Sequence record: MZ501109
Length of the DNA stretch: 64,000 nt
Direction: 5' to 3' (one strand)
From: Escherichia phage TrudiRoth
Positions 62,209-64,000 of this stretch are shown here, one piece after another. A program made the translations under genes and the position numbers. The notes under the pieces are model-generated. The model saw only the letters and a list, made by a program, of their open reading frames with translations. It did not search any database and had not been told where the DNA came from. Position 1 is the first letter of the stretch, and each line of letters starts with the position of its first letter.

Positions 62209-63990
62209 ATGAGTTTTTTCGCAGGAAAATTTAGTGATGGTAAAACTGTATTATCTCTAAACGCTGCTAATGGTGGTGATATAAATCAGCACTACTCTCC
62301 AAATACTAATAGTATCTTCCACTCAGATATGCCATTTGTCCTAGTTGATGGGACTTATGAAGCAGCCCTAGGTAACGCAGGTAATGGATACTTTGTTACT
62401 CAGATGCCTTGGGATATTATAAATATTAAATCCAATGATCCGGGTAGAGTTATATTAACTGCTATTGAGATAAACGGTACTCATCGTGGATTTCTGAATG
62501 GTACTCAATCTCAGGTTGGCCAGTTCTTATCATTCTTTGAAGACCCACCACGTGCTGGTGCTGAATTATCTGTAACATCTGCTTTTGCGATCGGTGATAG
62601 TTTAGCTCATGGTACTTATATCTATAATGGTGGTCTTGGTCATGAGGAATCTATTGCTAGGCAAGGTTCTGGAGGCAGTTTACTACAGTCCTCTGGTTTC
62701 CAGATCTTTAGACCTGGTGGTGTTTCTGCTGGTGAAGCCATTGCCAGAGCCTGGAGTCTTATGGGTTTTCCAACTGGTGTCTCTACTGTTCCTTTAGATG
62801 GTGGTAACGCAGATTATTGGGAACCTAACTGGCAGGCGCCTATTGGTTCTGCTGGTAGAGGCCATGATTGGTTTTATGTTTGTAGTTCTAATATTCGTGG
62901 CTTCGCAGGTAAAAAAGGCGTACTACCAGATAACGTAAACGTTCTTTACCAATCTCCTGCATACCCAGAAAAAATATATGTTTGTAGAGGTTCTACTTCT
63001 AATATGGCTGCTCAGTCTGCTAGAAAGGTATATGTACAGGACTGGTATAACGTTACGCCAACTAAGGTTATTTGGTATGTGCTAAATCTGCGCTATTCTA
63101 ATGGTAGTATGGGAGTTTCTGGTAATCCATTTACCGGTTCAGATATCCTAATATCTCCGTCTAATTTTACTATTAAAGGTGTTAGCCTACCAAATACAGG
63201 CTATAAATTTATTAACCAGAATGCTTTCGGAAACTTAGGCTATCGCCCTGATATGGAGTATGTTGGTAATAACGCTGCGTATACCGGAGTTTTTGGTGAT
63301 AATACTGCACGATGTGAATTTATCGGCTCTAGTAATGGCGGGTTGTGGTCTCCTGTTAACTATGGGGGTGCAGCTTCTCAAATTAGCTTATATAAATTTG
63401 GTATAGGTAAACAATGGTATGTAGATACTAATACCAACTCCATTGGTAATGAACATGGACCTGTGTGGAGTCCTAGTACTGTACCCCTCAGGTTATTCCC
63501 AGGCAACGTTGCAAGTACTTATGTAGGGGACGATATAACTCCATCCTACCCTGGTGCTGGTGACTTCTACACACCTTTGGCCACAGTTTGGTTGGGATTA
63601 CCAAATGCTCACTCTACTGTTATATTAACTACTGAAGTTATTATGGGTAATCTTAATACTGCTGGAATGCCTGTGCGTACTTACGGCGGTAGCGCTTGGC
63701 AGGTACAAGGTAGACGTCAACAAAGTTATACAGCTGGTGATGGTGTATTCCACCAGATTCTTACTCTGCCACCTGGATATCTAGTACCTTATCACAGTAC
63801 AACTTCCTATAGTTATATACAGACTTGGGCTAGTAGGCCTGATGAGTTTGCTTTCCGTAGGAACGGATATATTTATACTATTAAAAACCTTGGTAATGGC
63901 AACGTTGAGTTGGGTGTTATCATTCACGCTGCAGAAGCGGCAGCTGTTTTCTTGCCAAGACTACGTGTAACAGTTCAACGCCTAACCTAA
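62209..63990 (+). CDS. oad: receptor-binding tail protein (pb5-like)
   Basis: 593 aa, Gly/Asn/Ser/Thr-rich, paired with the llp-like lipoprotein as in T5 oad-llp. Confidence 0.6.
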   Translation: MSFFAGKFSDGKTVLSLNAANGGDINQHYSPNTNSIFHSDMPFVLVDGTYEAALGNAGNGYFVTQMPWDIINIKSNDPGRVILTAIEINGTHRGFLNGTQSQVGQFLSFFEDPPRAGAELSVTSAFAIGDSLAHGTYIYNGGLGHEESIARQGSGGSLLQSSGFQIFRPGGVSAGEAIARAWSLMGFPTGVSTVPLDGGNADYWEPNWQAPIGSAGRGHDWFYVCSSNIRGFAGKKGVLPDNVNVLYQSPAYPEKIYVCRGSTSNMAAQSARKVYVQDWYNVTPTKVIWYVLNLRYSNGSMGVSGNPFTGSDILISPSNFTIKGVSLPNTGYKFINQNAFGNLGYRPDMEYVGNNAAYTGVFGDNTARCEFIGSSNGGLWSPVNYGGAASQISLYKFGIGKQWYVDTNTNSIGNEHGPVWSPSTVPLRLFPGNVASTYVGDDITPSYPGAGDFYTPLATVWLGLPNAHSTVILTTEVIMGNLNTAGMPVRTYGGSAWQVQGRRQQSYTAGDGVFHQILTLPPGYLVPYHSTTSYSYIQTWASRPDEFAFRRNGYIYTIKNLGNGNVELGVIIHAAEAAAVFLPRLRVTVQRLT

Positions 63991-64000
63991 AGGAGGATAT

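Noticed and set aside
1-64000. Integrase, excisionase or other prophage/integrative element signals
   Set aside because: No tyrosine or serine recombinase motifs were seen; content matches a virulent T5-like phage.

Overview
The window reads as a T5-like siphovirus genome segment (Tequintavirus-like). Coordinates 1-49.9 kb are an AT-rich early region on the + strand: nucleotide metabolism (nrdD on the - strand, phoH, nrdA, nrdB, DHFR, thymidylate synthase, RNase H, dNMP kinase, thioredoxin-like), an NAD salvage pair (nadR-pnuC), a GrcA-like glycyl-radical cofactor, an HslV-like and a ClpP-like peptidase, a Ser/Thr phosphatase, and a holin/endolysin cassette. The endolysin is the 137-aa T5-type peptidase. 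About 24 tRNA genes lie between 17.8 and 30.7 kb, interleaved with homing-endonuclease genes (five HNH, one T5orf172/GIY-YIG) and several ORF-free stretches that may be structured RNAs. At least 24 copies of one promoter design (-35 TTGCTT/TTGCTA, 17-bp spacer, -10 TATAAT) drive these units. Coordinates 49.9-51.5 kb are a non-coding, repeat-dense region with iterated 14-mers, tandem ~40-bp units and DnaA boxes, resembling the T5 injection-stop region. Coordinates 51.5-61 kb have visibly higher G+C and look like the pre-early region: a seven-gene - strand block of unknown function, then + strand genes including an A1-like metallophosphoesterase and a Dmp-like 5'-deoxynucleotidase. The window ends with a divergent pair: an Llp-like lipoprotein and a pb5-like receptor-binding protein. 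No CRISPR array, rRNA or integrase was seen. tRNAs were folded by hand and most functions are motif-based calls, not search results. The strongest candidates for something undescribed are the unknown - strand block bracketed by DnaA boxes, the 0.9-kb promoter-driven ORF-free region at 16.4-17.3 kb, and the inverted-repeat-flanked two-gene cassette at 55.8-56.3 kb.
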